Source of the DNA: Promethearchaeota archaeon
GTDB taxonomy: Archaea > Asgardarchaeota > Lokiarchaeia > Sigyniarchaeales > SOKP01
Length of the DNA: 64,000 nt
Assembly: GCA_048940445.1 (NCBI GenBank)
Contig: JBHLON010000005.1
Span: 1-64,000, forward strand
Direction: 5' to 3'
Below, piece by piece: positions 62,064-64,000 of the stretch. Each line of letters starts with the position of its first letter. Positions within the stretch are counted from its first letter, which is position 1. The position numbers and the translations under genes are program-made. Below the pieces are notes generated by a model. It did no database searches. It worked only from the letters and a program-made list of their open reading frames with translations, and was not told where the DNA came from.

Positions 62064-63104
62064 ATGAGTTTAATCAAATATATCGCTCGTAGATTAATAT
62101 TTTTAATCCCAATTTTGTTCGGGACATTAACATTAACATTTGTATTATCAAGATTTATGCCCGGTGATCCCGTTTTAGGATATGTTGCAAATCTGGGGCA
62201 GAACGGATTCGAACGGGGTTTATCTCCAGGTGAATATGAACGAGCTCTAAAGTTGCTTGGACTTGATAAACCAGTATTAGAACAGTATGCTATATATTTG
62301 AAAGATTTATTTACGGGTAACTGGGGATATTCAGTTTCAATTGTAAGAGGTGAAGCTGTTTGGGATTTAATAAGCCAAAGAATTCCTCGAACAGTAGATT
62401 TAGCCCTTTTTTCAATATTAATAGCAGTACCGCTTGGAATTAAAACAGGAATGATTTCAGCAAAACATAGAAATAAAGCTCAAGATACTTTTACAAGAGG
62501 ATTCTCCTTAATTGGAGTTTCTATTCCCGTTTTTTTCTTAGGATTAATGTTCCAATATGTTTTTGGCTATACTTTAGGACTTTTCCCTATAAGTGGATAT
62601 AAGAATTATGCTTATTCTGATCCTCCTTATGTTACTGGTTTCCGAATAATTGACGCTCTAATTTCAGGACAACTCTATATTATCTCAGATTATTTATATC
62701 ATTTAATTTTACCCGTAACAGTTTTATCTTTCACAATTTTAGGGAATATTACAAGACAAACGCGTTCAAGTATGTTAGAGGTATTAGAAGAAGATTATAT
62801 AAGAACTGCTCGAGTAAAGGGATGTGATGAAAAAAATGTATTATATATACATGCTAGAAAAAATGCCTTAATCCCTACAGTAACAGTTGTAGGATTAAAT
62901 CTTGGAGGTTTTTTGGCAGGTGCAGTTCTAACAGAAGTCACCTTTAATTTTCTTGGAATAGGGGATTTATTGATTGCTGCGATTGCATTGAACGATTACT
63001 GGGTGTTAAACGGTATTGTATTTTTCATCACAATTTGTTATGTTCTTATTAATTTGGTTATAGATATAATATACAGTATGTTAGATCCACGAATAAGTTA
63101 TTAA
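62064..63104 (+). CDS. Peptide/nickel ABC transporter permease (DppB/OppB)
   Basis: MPGDP, GLDKP, RIPRT, TRSSMLEVL.EDYIRTAR.KG, DPRI. Confidence 0.9.
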   Translation: MSLIKYIARRLIFLIPILFGTLTLTFVLSRFMPGDPVLGYVANLGQNGFERGLSPGEYERALKLLGLDKPVLEQYAIYLKDLFTGNWGYSVSIVRGEAVWDLISQRIPRTVDLALFSILIAVPLGIKTGMISAKHRNKAQDTFTRGFSLIGVSIPVFFLGLMFQYVFGYTLGLFPISGYKNYAYSDPPYVTGFRIIDALISGQLYIISDYLYHLILPVTVLSFTILGNITRQTRSSMLEVLEEDYIRTARVKGCDEKNVLYIHARKNALIPTVTVVGLNLGGFLAGAVLTEVTFNFLGIGDLLIAAIALNDYWVLNGIVFFITICYVLINLVIDIIYSMLDPRISY

Positions 63105-63135
63105 GATATCTCCTATATTCTAAATAGACATAGGT

Positions 63136-63816
63136 TCAGTTTTTAATTATTTTATCTTCAATATCGCTACATTTTATTCTTCTTGTCCCAGGAGTCATCA
63201 AGCCTATATTGTATACTGTATCTATAAATTTTACAATAATGTGAGAGGAAGCCCCAAAAATTACATATAATTTGCCATTAGAGGTTCTGTATTTAAATTT
63301 CCCGACCGCAATTCGATCTCCCTTTAAAAAATAAGTCTTTTCCTTATAATTAAGTTTATTTGCGAAAAAGTTAATAGGGATTCTTACAATCTCTTTGACT
63401 TCTTCTTCTTGCTTAATTAATTTAACTTTTTTTACCATAAATCCTACGAAAGGAGTTATGATATATCCTTTAGGTGTGAGATGATCATCTATACTCCCTA
63501 AGATACTTATAGTTAGTCGAGAGACCCCAATTTCTTCTTCAACTTCCCTTAGAGCTGTGTCTAATAGACTTTGATCAAATTTAGGATCGAACTTTCCCCC
63601 TGGAAATGACATTTCACCTGAATGCTTATCGTTTATTCTTTTTGTACGACGTATCATAAGCAGATCATAAGGAGTTTCTTCCCGTGGTTGAATTAAAAGA
63701 ATTACAGCCGAATTGACAAATGGTGCTTGTTGCATTTTAAGTCTGATTGGAGAATTGAAATCATTTAATTTACTTCTAATTGAAGTCTCGTGAAATATAA
63801 AATCTTTAGTATTCAC
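63136..63816 (-). CDS. Nudix hydrolase, CoA pyrophosphatase-like
   Basis: SAVILL, HSGEMSFPGG, TALREVEEEIG, IFGAS. Confidence 0.88.
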   Translation of the reverse strand: MNTKDFIFHETSIRSKLNDFNSPIRLKMQQAPFVNSAVILLIQPREETPYDLLMIRRTKRINDKHSGEMSFPGGKFDPKFDQSLLDTALREVEEEIGVSRLTISILGSIDDHLTPKGYIITPFVGFMVKKVKLIKQEEEVKEIVRIPINFFANKLNYKEKTYFLKGDRIAVGKFKYRTSNGKLYVIFGASSHIIVKFIDTVYNIGLMTPGTRRIKCSDIEDKIIKN

Positions 63817-63819
63817 TGT

Positions 63820-63999
63820 TTAATTATCATCATCCAAAATTTCAAATTTATTTACAATTTGGTTCCTATACTTAATATACTCTTTCAATTGCTTAATTTT
63901 TTCGAGTTTGAATCGATTTAATCCCATTTCTGACATATTATAATCATATATCTTTTCAATGAACGCTGAAATCATATAGGCGGTAGCACCCCAAATTGT
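63820..63999 (-). CDS. C-terminal fragment of a second Nudix CoA pyrophosphatase-like protein (continues past the window end)
   Basis: Manual translation TIWGATAYMISAFIEKIY...; IWGAT motif. Confidence 0.7.
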   Translation of the reverse strand, partial: TIWGATAYMISAFIEKIYDYNMSEMGLNRFKLEKIKQLKEYIKYRNQIVNKFEILDDDN

Positions 64000-64000
64000 A

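Noticed and set aside
1-64000. Selenoprotein genes or SECIS elements, CRISPR arrays, transposases, rRNA
   Set aside because: I saw no in-frame TGA within a conserved domain, no repeat-spacer array, no transposase motifs and no rRNA-like sequence. In-frame stop-free introns could still have been missed without alignments

Overview
AT-rich archaeal chromosomal segment, most consistent with Asgard archaea (Lokiarchaeia). Supporting markers are a Vps28-like ESCRT-I gene, a tRNA-Sec/SepSecS pair, an ether-lipid operon, methanopterin/F420 genes and archaeal ribosomal proteins. Most of the window is dense housekeeping and metabolic genes; I saw no mobile element or CRISPR array. The main signal is a set of short bulge-helix-bulge (BHB)-type introns in protein-coding genes as well as tRNAs. 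rpl11 is split by two introns (38 and 29 nt) and an AIR-synthase-related gene by one (30 nt). Cutting after the 2nd nucleotide of each bulge, which is the archaeal EndA rule, restores the reading frames and family-typical motifs. The same rule explains six tRNA introns: tRNA-Ser(GGA) has one, an unusual tRNA-Ile(UAU) has three and tRNA-Sec has two. All assignments come from manual reading and recalled family motifs; no searches or folding programs were run.
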